A DNA stretch of 63,825 nt, the filler included, from Myxococcota bacterium (GTDB lineage: Bacteria; Myxococcota; Myxococcia; Myxococcales; Myxococcaceae), in assembly GCA_049322255.1 (NCBI GenBank). It is 5 parts of 5 records of this genome, joined end to end, with 100 filler letters (N's around TTAATTAATTAA, not from the genome) between each part and the next. Parts side by side here need not be neighbours in the genome. Positions count along the whole stretch, not along the records: positions 1 to 13,387 come from JBMORE010000116.1; 4 more parts are not named here. The stretch is one strand, 5' to 3'. The translations under genes and the position numbers were made by a program. Below the pieces are notes generated by a model that saw only the letters and a program-made list of their open reading frames with translations, had not been told where the DNA came from and searched no databases. Of this stretch, positions 1 to 9,091 are shown one piece after another (positions within the stretch are counted from its first letter, which is position 1; every line of letters starts with the position of its first letter).

Positions 1-210
1 CCCAGCGTTGATCAAATTTCGATCGTTGACGCAACTTCGATCTCCACTCATCGGCCGAAGGCCGAAAATTCGGCTCCGGAGGAAACAATGCGATCTGACT
101 TCTCACCCATTAGGGACATCCCCTAGTTCGGCTAGCCCCCTGAATAGAACGACTTCGGCGCCACGTTTCGTGAGCTCCGGTAGGGGGGCGGCTACACTCG
201 CGCTCGCACC

Positions 211-1335
211 ATGAAGCGCGCACTTCGGGTGGTGGGCCTCATCTCGGGCACGAGCGCCGACGCGGCGGAGGCAGCGCTGTGCGAGATCTCCGGCACCGGC
301 AAGAGCGCCCGGGTGAAGCTGCTCTCCCACGTCTCCGCGCCCTTTCCTCGCTCCTTGCGCGAGCGAATTCTTTCTGCGCACACCGCCCGCGACGTGTGCG
401 AGCTCGACTTTCTCTTGGGTGAGCGCTTCGCCGACGCCGCATTGCGCACGATCGCCGCCGCACAACTTCGACCCCAGGACGTCGACCTCATCGGCTCGCA
501 CGGCCAGACGGTGGTGCATCTGCCGCCCTCCCTCTCCCCCACCCCTTCCACGTTGCAGATCGGCGAGGCGGCGATCATCGCCGAGCGCACCGGCATCGCC
601 ACGGTGAGCGATTTTCGTGCGCGCGACATCGCTGCCGGCGGCGAGGGCGCTCCGCTGGTGCCTTACGCCGATTGGGTGCTCTTTCGGAAAAAGGGAGGGG
701 TGCGCGCGCTGCAAAACATCGGTGGCATCGCCAACCTGTCCATCGTCTCCGACCGACTGGAAGACACGGTGGCTTTCGACACCGGACCAGGGAACATGCT
801 CCTCGACGGGCTGGCGCGGCTGGCCACCCGGGGCAAAGCAGCGTTCGATCGCGACGGCCGCATGGCAAAGAAAGGCATCGTCATCTCTTCGCTGCTCGAC
901 GAGCTCCTCGCCCACCCGTTTCTCCGCCGACGCCCGCCCAAGAGCGCCGGGCGCGAGCTGTTCGGTGACGAGCTGGTGGTCTCGCTGTGGGCGCGCTTCG
1001 GACGGCGGCCGTTCGACCTTCTCGCCACCGCCGCCGCGTTCACCGTCGAAGCCACCGCGCGCGCCTACGAGCGCTGGGTGCTGCCCCGGCACGCGCTCGA
1101 AGGGGTGTACGTCTCCGGTGGAGGCAGCCGAAACCCGGTGCTGATGAAGGGCCTGGCCGCTCGCCTGGCGCCGCTGCCCGTGCGACCGCTCGATGTGCTG
1201 GGCTTTCCAGAAGGAGCCAAGGAGGCGGCATGCTTTGCCCTGCTCGCTTCCGAGTTCTTCCACAGGACGCCGCAGAACGTGCCCTCGGCCACAGGAGCTA
1301 AACGCCGCGTCGTGCTCGGCAAGCTCACCCCGTGA
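211..1335 (+). CDS. anmK: anhydro-N-acetylmuramic acid kinase
   Basis: Motifs GLISGTSADA, GSHGQT, DFRARDIAAGGEGAPLVP, NIGGIAN, FDTGPGN, GGGSRN, KEAACFA. Confidence 0.95.
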   Translation: MKRALRVVGLISGTSADAAEAALCEISGTGKSARVKLLSHVSAPFPRSLRERILSAHTARDVCELDFLLGERFADAALRTIAAAQLRPQDVDLIGSHGQTVVHLPPSLSPTPSTLQIGEAAIIAERTGIATVSDFRARDIAAGGEGAPLVPYADWVLFRKKGGVRALQNIGGIANLSIVSDRLEDTVAFDTGPGNMLLDGLARLATRGKAAFDRDGRMAKKGIVISSLLDELLAHPFLRRRPPKSAGRELFGDELVVSLWARFGRRPFDLLATAAAFTVEATARAYERWVLPRHALEGVYVSGGGSRNPVLMKGLAARLAPLPVRPLDVLGFPEGAKEAACFALLASEFFHRTPQNVPSATGAKRRVVLGKLTP

Positions 1336-1369
1336 GGGGCGACAGCCGAATGCAGTTACACTGACCGCC

Positions 1370-2338
1370 GTGAGCGTCGCGCTGCTCTTCATCGACGGAG
1401 TCGGCATTGGCCGCAAAGACCCGGCAGTCAACCCGCTCGCCTCGCTGAGCTCGCTCTTGTCGCACTTCGTCGACGCTCCCGGAGAGGCGCTTCCCGACGG
1501 CGGAGAGATCCAACCCGTTGACGCCACCTTCGGCGTGCGCGGGCGCCCTCAGTCGGCGAGCAACCAGACAGCCATACTCACGGGCGAGCCGGCTCCGGCG
1601 CTCATCGGGCGCCACGTGCTGGGCTTTCCCACCCCTCCCTTGCGCGGGCTGCTTTTGGCCAAATCGATTGTCCGCCGCATGGTCGAGGCGAAACGCACCG
1701 CGACCTTCGTCAACTGCTACCCCGCCGGCTACCTCGACGCCTTGGGGCTCGCACGCCGCCCCTCCTCCGCCGCCGACGTGTCGATTCCTCCCAGAGCCGT
1801 ACGCCGACTCCGTCCCTCGGCCACCACGCTCGCCTTCGCCGCCGCTCACGTGCCACTGCGCACCCTCGACGACGCGCGGGCCGGGCTGGGCCTGACCAAC
1901 GACATCGACGGCGAGCGCGCCAACGCCCGCGGTTTCTCCGTGCCCCGCCGCACCCCCGAAGAGGCGGCTCAGGTCTTCTGGCGCACCGCTGCCGGCGCCG
2001 ACTTCGCCCTCTTCGAGCACTACCTGGCCGATGAGGCGGGCCACGCACGTGATTGGCCCGCGGCGCTCGCAGCCCTGACGACCTTCGACTGCTTCGCCCG
2101 CGCAGTCATCGCCCAAAGGCCGGCGGGAGCGCAAGTGCTCGTGTGCAGCGACCATGGCAACGTCGAAGACCTTTCCACCCGCAGTCACACCTTGGGCCAG
2201 GTGCCGGTGCTCGGCTTCGGGCTACCCAAAGGAGCGCTCCGCTCGCTACGAAGCGTCGCCGACGTCGGCGTGCTCGTGCTCGAGTTGTTGGGCCTCGAAG
2301 GGCGAGCTGTCCCCGCCCAGCGCGAGGCTGCCTCGTGA
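1370..2338 (+). CDS. alkaline-phosphatase-superfamily metalloenzyme (phosphoglycerate/phosphopentomutase-like)
   Basis: FIDGVGIG, PQSASNQT (Ser nucleophile position), DEAGH, SDHGN and HT metal ligands; GTG start at 1370 inferred. Confidence 0.8.
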   Translation: MSVALLFIDGVGIGRKDPAVNPLASLSSLLSHFVDAPGEALPDGGEIQPVDATFGVRGRPQSASNQTAILTGEPAPALIGRHVLGFPTPPLRGLLLAKSIVRRMVEAKRTATFVNCYPAGYLDALGLARRPSSAADVSIPPRAVRRLRPSATTLAFAAAHVPLRTLDDARAGLGLTNDIDGERANARGFSVPRRTPEEAAQVFWRTAAGADFALFEHYLADEAGHARDWPAALAALTTFDCFARAVIAQRPAGAQVLVCSDHGNVEDLSTRSHTLGQVPVLGFGLPKGALRSLRSVADVGVLVLELLGLEGRAVPAQREAAS

Positions 2339-3195
2339 GGCATCTGGTCGCGCTGGCCACGCTCGGGCTGGGCGCCTGTGCGGGGCCGCTGTCGGCACTC
2401 CAGCACCGCACCTCCTTCACTACCGAAGTGGGGCGCTTCGACATCGACTATGCACGAGGCGGCGAAGCATCCGCGGCGAGCATTCGGGGCGCGGTGATGC
2501 GTGCCGGGCCCAAGCTGGCGTACTGGGGAGGCCTGCGCGAGCCAGTCGCCATTCGTGTGCTGGCGACCCACCGCTTGCTCGAGGAGGCAGTCAACCGTCC
2601 CGGCTACCCGTGGCTGCGGGCGTGGGCCCGCTACGACGAAGTCTTCGTGCAAGCGCCCCGCACCTGGACCCTCTTCGGCGCCAGCCAGGCCGAGGTGGAC
2701 GAGCTGATGCTGCACGAGCTCACCCACTGCGTGATGTACCAGCTTGCCGCCACCCGAACCGGGTGGACGCGTAAAGAAATCCCGCTCTGGTTTCGCGAAG
2801 GCATGGCGTCGGTCACCGCGAATCAGGAGTACCGCTGGCCGGCGCTTGAAGAGCTGGCGCGCTACTACGAGAAGAATCCAGGTACCGATCCGGTGGGCGA
2901 CCCCGAGAGCCTCTACCAAGGCCAAAGTGACATCGTGTACGGCGCCGCGCACCACACCTTCGCCTTCCTGGTCCGGCGGTATGGAGACGCTGCGGTGCGC
3001 GAAGTCCTCCGGCGCATGCAGGAGGGAGCAGCATTCCCCGAGGCGTTCGAGCAAAGCGTCGGCCTCTCCGCGCAGACGTTCATCGACGACTTTCGGCGCT
3101 TCGTGCGGCTGCGAGGTTTCCACCAGCGCCGGCGCCAGCGCGTGCCCCACCCGGCGACGCCCGTGAGCGAGACAACCAGCCCAAGCACACTCTGA
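2335..3195 (+). CDS. putative lipoprotein, gluzincin/peptidase MA-like
   Basis: Lipobox-like LGAC; HELTH...WFREGMA zinc motif; GTGA overlap with the upstream stop. Confidence 0.75.
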   Translation: MRHLVALATLGLGACAGPLSALQHRTSFTTEVGRFDIDYARGGEASAASIRGAVMRAGPKLAYWGGLREPVAIRVLATHRLLEEAVNRPGYPWLRAWARYDEVFVQAPRTWTLFGASQAEVDELMLHELTHCVMYQLAATRTGWTRKEIPLWFREGMASVTANQEYRWPALEELARYYEKNPGTDPVGDPESLYQGQSDIVYGAAHHTFAFLVRRYGDAAVREVLRRMQEGAAFPEAFEQSVGLSAQTFIDDFRRFVRLRGFHQRRRQRVPHPATPVSETTSPSTL

Positions 3196-3198
3196 GAT

Positions 3199-4332
3199 TC
3201 AAGCGGCGGACGCGTAGCCGGCGCGGCGGGTGCGCACTGCGGCCAAGAGCATCGCCCCCACGCCGAAGAGCATCGCGACGAAGAGCACCACCGCTCCCAG
3301 AACGGGAATGGCTCCGGTCAGGGTGAGAAGCGAAAGCCCCACGAGCAAGGCGAAGAGCAGGTGCGCGCCGCCCTTGCCGAACCGCGCCAGGAGCCAGCGG
3401 CCCACGTACATCCCCACCACCGGGAAGCTGGCCACGAGCGCCAACCCGTAGAGCGCAAAAGCGAACAGGCCGAGCCACCATCCCCCGAGGAGCAACCCCA
3501 CGGCGAAGATCAGAGCGGCGACCAGCGGACCGGCGAAGAGGAAGAGCGCTCCCAAGCCCAGGCTGCGCCACGGAGCCTCGGGAAGCGTTCCCACCGCGCG
3601 CTGCGAAAAGCGTGGAACGAGCAGCACCAGCGCCAGCCCGAGCGCGAAGAGGCCGACCATGGCGCGCAGCCAGAGAATGAACGGCACCAGCGTGCCTCTG
3701 CCGCCTCGGGCCTCGACCTCGGTGTACTGGATGTCGCCCCGAACCAGGGCCGCCTCGGCGAGCTTCGCCGGGCGCTGACCCCGATAGACGAGGTCTCCCT
3801 CGATTCGCGCCTCGTTCCCCAGCGCAAGCTGCCCCACCGCCGCGCGCACGTCTCCCCCCACCCTGGTGTTGACGTCGAGCTCGCCGGTGCCGGCCCACAC
3901 ATCGCCGCCCACGGGACCTTGAAGCACCACGTTTCCTGCCCCCGCGAGCACGTCTCGCCCCACCTGCGCGCCGGGCGCGATGAGCACGCGACCGGCTCCC
4001 GCGACCACGTCTTCACCGACCTTGCCCCGCACGGCGACCTCTCCAGATGTCGCGCGAACGCTGCCCTGAACCTCACCGAAAATGTTGGTCGAGCCGCTGG
4101 CGGAGAGCACGTCTCCCTGGACGTTGCCGATCACGTTCACCGTTCCACCGACCGCGACCAGGTCTCCTTCGATGCGGCCCAAGATGTCGACCGTGCCACC
4201 GGTGACGTAGAGATCTTCCGGAACGACCTGATCCTGGGGGATGACCACCGTTTCCCCGCGTCGAAGCTCGGCCACCGCCGCGCTCCCCCACAACAGGGCC
4301 AGCAAGAGCATCGCGCCGCGAGGTCCAAACAT
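3199..4332 (-). CDS. membrane protein with bactofilin-like/beta-helix repeats and C-terminal TM helices
   Basis: Signal peptide, repeated V.GDV...G.V.I.G units, about 5 hydrophobic helices at the C-terminus. Confidence 0.75.
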   Translation of the reverse strand: MFGPRGAMLLLALLWGSAAVAELRRGETVVIPQDQVVPEDLYVTGGTVDILGRIEGDLVAVGGTVNVIGNVQGDVLSASGSTNIFGEVQGSVRATSGEVAVRGKVGEDVVAGAGRVLIAPGAQVGRDVLAGAGNVVLQGPVGGDVWAGTGELDVNTRVGGDVRAAVGQLALGNEARIEGDLVYRGQRPAKLAEAALVRGDIQYTEVEARGGRGTLVPFILWLRAMVGLFALGLALVLLVPRFSQRAVGTLPEAPWRSLGLGALFLFAGPLVAALIFAVGLLLGGWWLGLFAFALYGLALVASFPVVGMYVGRWLLARFGKGGAHLLFALLVGLSLLTLTGAIPVLGAVVLFVAMLFGVGAMLLAAVRTRRAGYASAA

Positions 4333-4577
4333 CCGCACGTCCTGTAGCTGCGCACGTCGCCTCCAAGACGCAGGCGACACTCACGCGGCCGAATGGCTGC
4401 CGGCTCCCTAACCCTAACCCCAATGCCGAGAAGCTAGGGGACGTTCGAGGCGCGCCTATCCCGGGGGGCCCCGAAGCCACACTTGTTGTTGCTATGACGC
4501 ACACCGTGCAACTTTTTTGCGCTAACGCTCATCGAGAACAACACCGCTCCGAAGCCGCCCCGACCGTACGGGGCTGT

Positions 4578-4663
4578 CTCTAACGAATAGGCGTTTGCGC
4601 GGCGACCGTCGAGTTGAGCATGGCCGCCGCTCTGTCGCGTGCCGCGCAAACGTCGGGTTGAAC
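4578..4663 (-). repeat. attC-like imperfect palindrome (86 bp)
   Basis: Minus strand reads GTTCAAC...GTTAGAG; perfect 12-bp arms CGTTTGCGCGGC (4592-4603) / GCCGCGCAAACG (4641-4652). Confidence 0.65.
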
Positions 4664-4883
4664 GAAGCCGCGGCACGGCCCCTGCTATTGGGCACCAAGC
4701 GCGGCGGTGATTGCTGGGGGCAGCGTTGATCTCGGCAACCCGATCGGTCGTGATGGAGCGAGATCGGGTTCAGCCCCGGTGCAGTAGGCCGTCACGTGCC
4801 TGGCAATTGGGTTCGCGGGCAGATCTTCCCGCACGGGCCCCGCCGCTCGCTCGTCGTGACGCTGGTTGGGATCGGCATCGAAG

Positions 4884-5636
4884 TCATGACGTGTCCCTGA
4901 GCGGCGGAGCGGCGAGGGGCCTCGAGGCAATCTCACCGCCGCACTTCTGGCAGCGGGTGAGGTCGATGCCGACCAGCCGGAGAAGCAGCGAGCGGGCCGT
5001 GACGAGCTTGGTGTTCACGTTGCCGGGAGCGAGCAATCCGTAGTGGCGGAGCTTCACGTAGCCATGGGGCAGCACGTGCAGCAGAAATCGACGGAGGAAT
5101 TCATGGGGATGCAGGGTGGCGGTCTGGTCGCCTCGCGTGCGGAAGGTGACCGCCTCACCTGTAACGGAGGTGAGCCGGTGGTTCGACAGGCCTACCCGGT
5201 GCGTGTAGCGACCGAGATATTGGTACACCGACTCCGGTCCCGCGAAGGGCGGCTTGGCGTACGACACCCATTTCGTCCGGTACAGCTTCCGCCGCAGACG
5301 CCGCCAAGCTGTGTCTGGATCGGCTGCGTCGCCGAGGCCTTCAACGCCACGCACCTCGAGCCGGCCATCGTGGGTGAGGCCCAGCTGGGCGCCCAGCCGC
5401 TTCTCGTCATTCCCGAGCGCGAGCAGCGTCTGGCTGCCCGCGGCGAACATCGCGTCGAAGAAGATCTCGCGGTTTCGTATCGCCAGACCAGCGAGCAGCT
5501 CGTCCGGCACGGTGAAGACGCCGTGGAAGTAGTCGATGGGCAGAAGCCTTTCGAGGAGGCCGCCTTCCAGCGACCGCGCCTGGGTCAGCGCCTGGCATTG
5601 GGGACAGTGCCGGTTCCGGCACGAGTGGAACACCAC
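4884..5636 (-). pseudogene. IS91-family transposase, internally deleted
   Basis: HSCRNRHCPQCQ zinc-binding motif, YFHGVFTVP, YLGRYTHRVGLSNHRL (Y2 motif), EFLRRFLLHVLP.G...LRHYGLLA; N-terminus and HUH segment missing. Confidence 0.9.
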
Positions 5637-5639
5637 CTG

Positions 5640-6486
5640 CTACCCGAGGGGGCCGCCCTTGGGCGTCCCGGGCACGTCGAGGGCGCTCTTGACCTGGGCG
5701 ATGCGCTGGCTGCTCACCTGGGCATAGCGCGCCATCGTCCGGATGGACTGGTGCCCCAGCACCACCTGGATGAACCGGATGTCGTTCCCCATCTCGTGCA
5801 GATGGTGGCGAACGAGTGCCGAAGGGTATGGGCGGTGACGCGCTTCTTCAACCTCACCCGCTTGACGGCGTTCTTCAGCGGCCCACCGCACCGCGGTCGG
5901 GTGCAGGTGCGTCCCCTTGCCCCGCCCGGGGAACAGCCACCCGTCAGCGGGCCGCGCCCGTTTCCAGTACTCGCGCAACATCGTCAGCAGCCGCTCGGAC
6001 AGCATCACGTACCGGTCCTTGCGCCCCTTCCCCTGCCGCACGTGGATAAGGCCTCGCTTGCTGTCGATGTCCTCCACCCACAGCCGGCACACCTCGTTGT
6101 TCCGTAGCCCCGCCCCGTAGGCCGTGGTGGGCGCCATCGCCGGCACCAGCGACTTCACCGCCGCCAGCACCTCCTCGACCTCGGTACCGCTCAGGATGTT
6201 CGGCTTCCTGTGCGGCACCTTCGGCCACGGCAGCCGCTCGGCCACTTTGGGGCGGTCCAGCGTCACCCCGTAGAGAAACCGCAGCGCGGCGACGTTCATC
6301 TTCAGCGTCTCCGGCCCGGCCCCCTTGAGCTGCAGGTTCTCGAGGTACCGTCTCGCCCAGCTCCCTTGGCGAGGTCATGTGGTACCGCACGAAGTGGCAG
6401 CAGCAGCGCAGGTACTCCTTCTGCGTCGTCGCCGCGAGGTTCTTCAGCGCCAGGTCCCGAGCCATCTTGTTGTACAGTTCGCCTAT
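5640..6486 (-). pseudogene. tyrosine recombinase/integrase with N-terminal SAM-like domain, frameshifted
   Basis: YGAGLR, GKGRKDR, LGH...ARY; HTLRHSFAT lies in another frame; N-terminal domain in a shifted frame; ATA in place of ATG after RBS AAGGAG (6494-6499). Confidence 0.9.
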
Positions 6487-6620
6487 CTCGTTGCTCCTTG
6501 TGGTTGGTTGTTGTCGGGCGTCGGCGGCTACCGGCGCCCGGTCCCACAAGGCTCGATGGGAATGGCCCGCTGGCCGAGAAGGATCAGATCTCTCCAGCAG
6601 CAGTCGGTACGGACTTCGCA

Positions 6621-7304
6621 ATGGGTTTCAGTGTCGAAAATGTCCTCGTTCGAGGTCGACCCTCGGACAATGACCTCGAGGCGTGGGTGCGCCTGGCTTT
6701 GCCGCGCTTGAGGCGGCCCGAGCTGCAATTCCCCGGCGAGAGGCATCCTCGATTCGTAGCGGTCAATCTGAAACTGGAGGCAGCGGGCCGACTCGACGCT
6801 GAACGTGCAGAAGACCTTACGCTCCTCTGGATCGAAGCAAGCGATGCCTTGCCGAGCGTCAACCCCGATCAGTCGTTGATGAGCTTCGGCCAACTATTGC
6901 GGATGCTTGGCATCAAGAAGCGCGATCCAATGGAGTGGGCCATGCTGCGAGAAACAGCCACCTTGCCACGACTACCCCAAGATCCAGCAGGCGCAGATGC
7001 TGCCCGGGGAAATCCGTTTCTTCTGTCACTTGCGCTGATCGCGAAGTCGCACGGCCATGACGCCGCGTTCTTTGCTGACGCTTCCGTGTCCGATTCGGGA
7101 TGTCTCGTAATTCCAGACCGGGATGGCGTGACCTGGACCGAAGCAGATTGCAGTGCCAAGAGGCAACGGGCTAACGCGCTTCTTCAAACGACGTTCCCCG
7201 GGGTCGCACCCGACATTGACGAACTGCAATGGGTGGGGCCTGGAAAATCGTATTGGTCTCGGCCTCTCGTGCGCGCTGGCCGCCGCGTTGATTCGTGGCC
7301 GTAA
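6621..7304 (+). CDS. hypothetical protein (227 aa)
   Basis: ATG-initiated ORF filling the gap between int and tldD, with visibly lower GC; no recognisable motif. Confidence 0.55.
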   Translation: MGFSVENVLVRGRPSDNDLEAWVRLALPRLRRPELQFPGERHPRFVAVNLKLEAAGRLDAERAEDLTLLWIEASDALPSVNPDQSLMSFGQLLRMLGIKKRDPMEWAMLRETATLPRLPQDPAGADAARGNPFLLSLALIAKSHGHDAAFFADASVSDSGCLVIPDRDGVTWTEADCSAKRQRANALLQTTFPGVAPDIDELQWVGPGKSYWSRPLVRAGRRVDSWP

Positions 7305-7348
7305 CGATCAACTCCGCCGCTTCTCCCACTGCCACGAATCGGCTTCGA

Positions 7349-7377
7349 TCAACCCTCCCCCTTGGGGAGTGGGGAGC
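7349..7377 (-). repeat. degenerate REP-like hairpin, copy 1
   Basis: CCCCACTCCCCAAGGGGGAGGGTTGA on the minus strand; contains the tldD stop codon. Confidence 0.45.
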
Positions 7378-9052
7378 GGGCGGACGGACTCTGCAGAAGC
7401 GGTGGCCGGTCTTTCCCCTCGAGCGCGCGCTGCAATTCGATCTCCTGGAGCAACGTCGCCGGCGCGGCCGCAGACACCGGAACGTGGCCGCTCTCGGCGC
7501 CGCAAAAACCGTTGAACACGCCCATGCGCTTGCCGGTGGCCATGATGCGGTTGATGGAGGAGAGAGGCGTGCCGACGATCTCCACTCCGCGCACCAGGGT
7601 TTCTTTGCCGTCGCGCACGTCGACCCGGTACACCATGCGCGGAATGCCCTTGAACGCCTGGTACCCGAACGACGAGGTGTTGGTGTTACCGCCGGTGATG
7701 TCGCGAATGATGAGGCCGTAGGGCTTCTTCTGCTGCTTCGCCTCGGCGATGAGCATGCGCTTGAGCTCGGCGTCGGAGACCGTCTTGCTCGACTGCACCA
7801 CGAGGTTCGCCATGCGGGCGATCGGCTTGCGGTTGCCCTGGCTGCGCCCGTGCCCGTTGGATTTGGGGAATTCCTCCACCGGGTGGCGGGAGAGCAGGTA
7901 GCTCTTGAGCACTCCGTTCTCGACGAGGAGTGTTCGTTGCGCGCGCACGCCCTCCTCATCGAACTGGTAGAAACCGTTGAGCGGCTTGCCCTCGAGGGTG
8001 CGCTGGGTCGGATCGTCCACGAGGGAGATGAACGCCGGCAGCACCCGTTTGCCGATCTGCCCGCGAAAAGTCTTCCCCTCGGTGTCGTTGTGCTGCCGCT
8101 CGCCTTCGAGGCGGTGACCGACGGCTTCGTGGAAGAGCACCCCCGCCGCCTCCGGCTCGAGAATTGCGGGGCCGGTGTAGGGGTCGATCGCCGGCGCCTG
8201 CCGCAGCGCCAAGAGCTCTTGAATCATCTTCTCCACTGCCGCGGAAATCGCTTGGTCGGTGGGAAGCTGCGCCTCCAGCGGCGCGTACCAGTCACGCGAG
8301 TTGTCGAGCAGTTGGCCGTCCTCCGCGCGGGTGACTGCGAAGACGTTGATCGAATACAGCGTCTCCTCGGTGAGAATGCGGCTGCCCTCGGTGGAGACGA
8401 AGTAGCGAACCACCTTGTTGGCGCTCACCCGCACCTCCGAGTCGAACAGCTGCGGGTGGGCGTTGAACTTGGCGGAGAGCGACCGGCTCAAGCTCACCCA
8501 CCGGTCGCGGTGAAAATCGAAGGGAATGGCGGGTTGGATGAAGACCTCCGCCTTCTCCTTGGAGAACGACGCGGGGCGGTTGGGCTCTTCGACGGTGTAG
8601 ACGTTCTCGCCCTTCTTCTTGAGGTAGTTGAAGAGCGCGTTCTTGTACTTCTCGTCGGTGACGAGCCACAGCGCGGTTCGCAGCGCCATCGGATCGTCGT
8701 CGATCGGCCCGTCCTTGCGAGGCAAGTAGCTGTTGCCCTTGAGGGAGAAGCTGAAGTCCATCTCCTCGGCCATCGAGTTGTCGAGCTCGTAGCTGCCCAC
8801 GCGCACGTCGACGTAGAGCTTGCGGTCTTTTGCCGACTCGTCCTGGAAGAGGGCGCCGTAGCGGGCGGTGATCTCGCGCTGCTGGTAGTCCTTTAGCTGG
8901 TAGCTGATGAAGTAGGGCGGCGCGTTTTCCTTGAGGGTGAGGTCCGACTGGTTCCGCTTCAGCTCGACGGTCATCGCGTCGAGCAGCGTCTGGCGTGGGT
9001 CGGGGCTCGGGGCAGCAGCGAGGAGGAACGTGAGAGTGAATGGGAGGAGCAC
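7349..9052 (-). CDS. TldD/PmbA family metalloprotease with predicted signal peptide
   Basis: HEAVGH, DDPT, FDEEG, NGHGR, RMANL, C-terminal CGAESG; start is GTG 9052 or 9061. Confidence 0.9.
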   Translation of the reverse strand: MLLPFTLTFLLAAAPSPDPRQTLLDAMTVELKRNQSDLTLKENAPPYFISYQLKDYQQREITARYGALFQDESAKDRKLYVDVRVGSYELDNSMAEEMDFSFSLKGNSYLPRKDGPIDDDPMALRTALWLVTDEKYKNALFNYLKKKGENVYTVEEPNRPASFSKEKAEVFIQPAIPFDFHRDRWVSLSRSLSAKFNAHPQLFDSEVRVSANKVVRYFVSTEGSRILTEETLYSINVFAVTRAEDGQLLDNSRDWYAPLEAQLPTDQAISAAVEKMIQELLALRQAPAIDPYTGPAILEPEAAGVLFHEAVGHRLEGERQHNDTEGKTFRGQIGKRVLPAFISLVDDPTQRTLEGKPLNGFYQFDEEGVRAQRTLLVENGVLKSYLLSRHPVEEFPKSNGHGRSQGNRKPIARMANLVVQSSKTVSDAELKRMLIAEAKQQKKPYGLIIRDITGGNTNTSSFGYQAFKGIPRMVYRVDVRDGKETLVRGVEIVGTPLSSINRIMATGKRMGVFNGFCGAESGHVPVSAAAPATLLQEIELQRALEGKDRPPLLQSPSARSPLPKGEG

Positions 9053-9091
9053 GCCCCTCACCCTACCCCTCTCCCAGAGGGAGAGGGAACC
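9053..9091 (-). repeat. REP-like hairpin, copy 2
   Basis: CCCTCTCCCTCTGGGAGAGGGGTAGGGTGAGGGG fills the whole intergenic gap. Confidence 0.8.

Larger units (their letters stand above)
4578..6499 (-). mobile_element. degenerate tyrosine-recombinase + IS91-family (Y2/HUH) element
   Basis: Adjacent int and IS91-like tnp remnants in the same orientation, plus a terminal hairpin at 4578-4663; upstream boundary not resolved. Confidence 0.8.

Noticed and set aside
4406..4422. CCCTAACCCTAACCCC telomere-like repeat
   Set aside because: Only ~2.5 units; compatible with chance
5640..6299. Apparently intact 219-aa integrase ORF
   Set aside because: Compensating frameshifts remove HxxR and the N-domain is in another frame; called a pseudogene
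4560..7340. A full integron or cassette array
   Set aside because: Only one attC-like site; the recombinase lacks an evident IntI-specific insertion; no second attC after the orphan ORF
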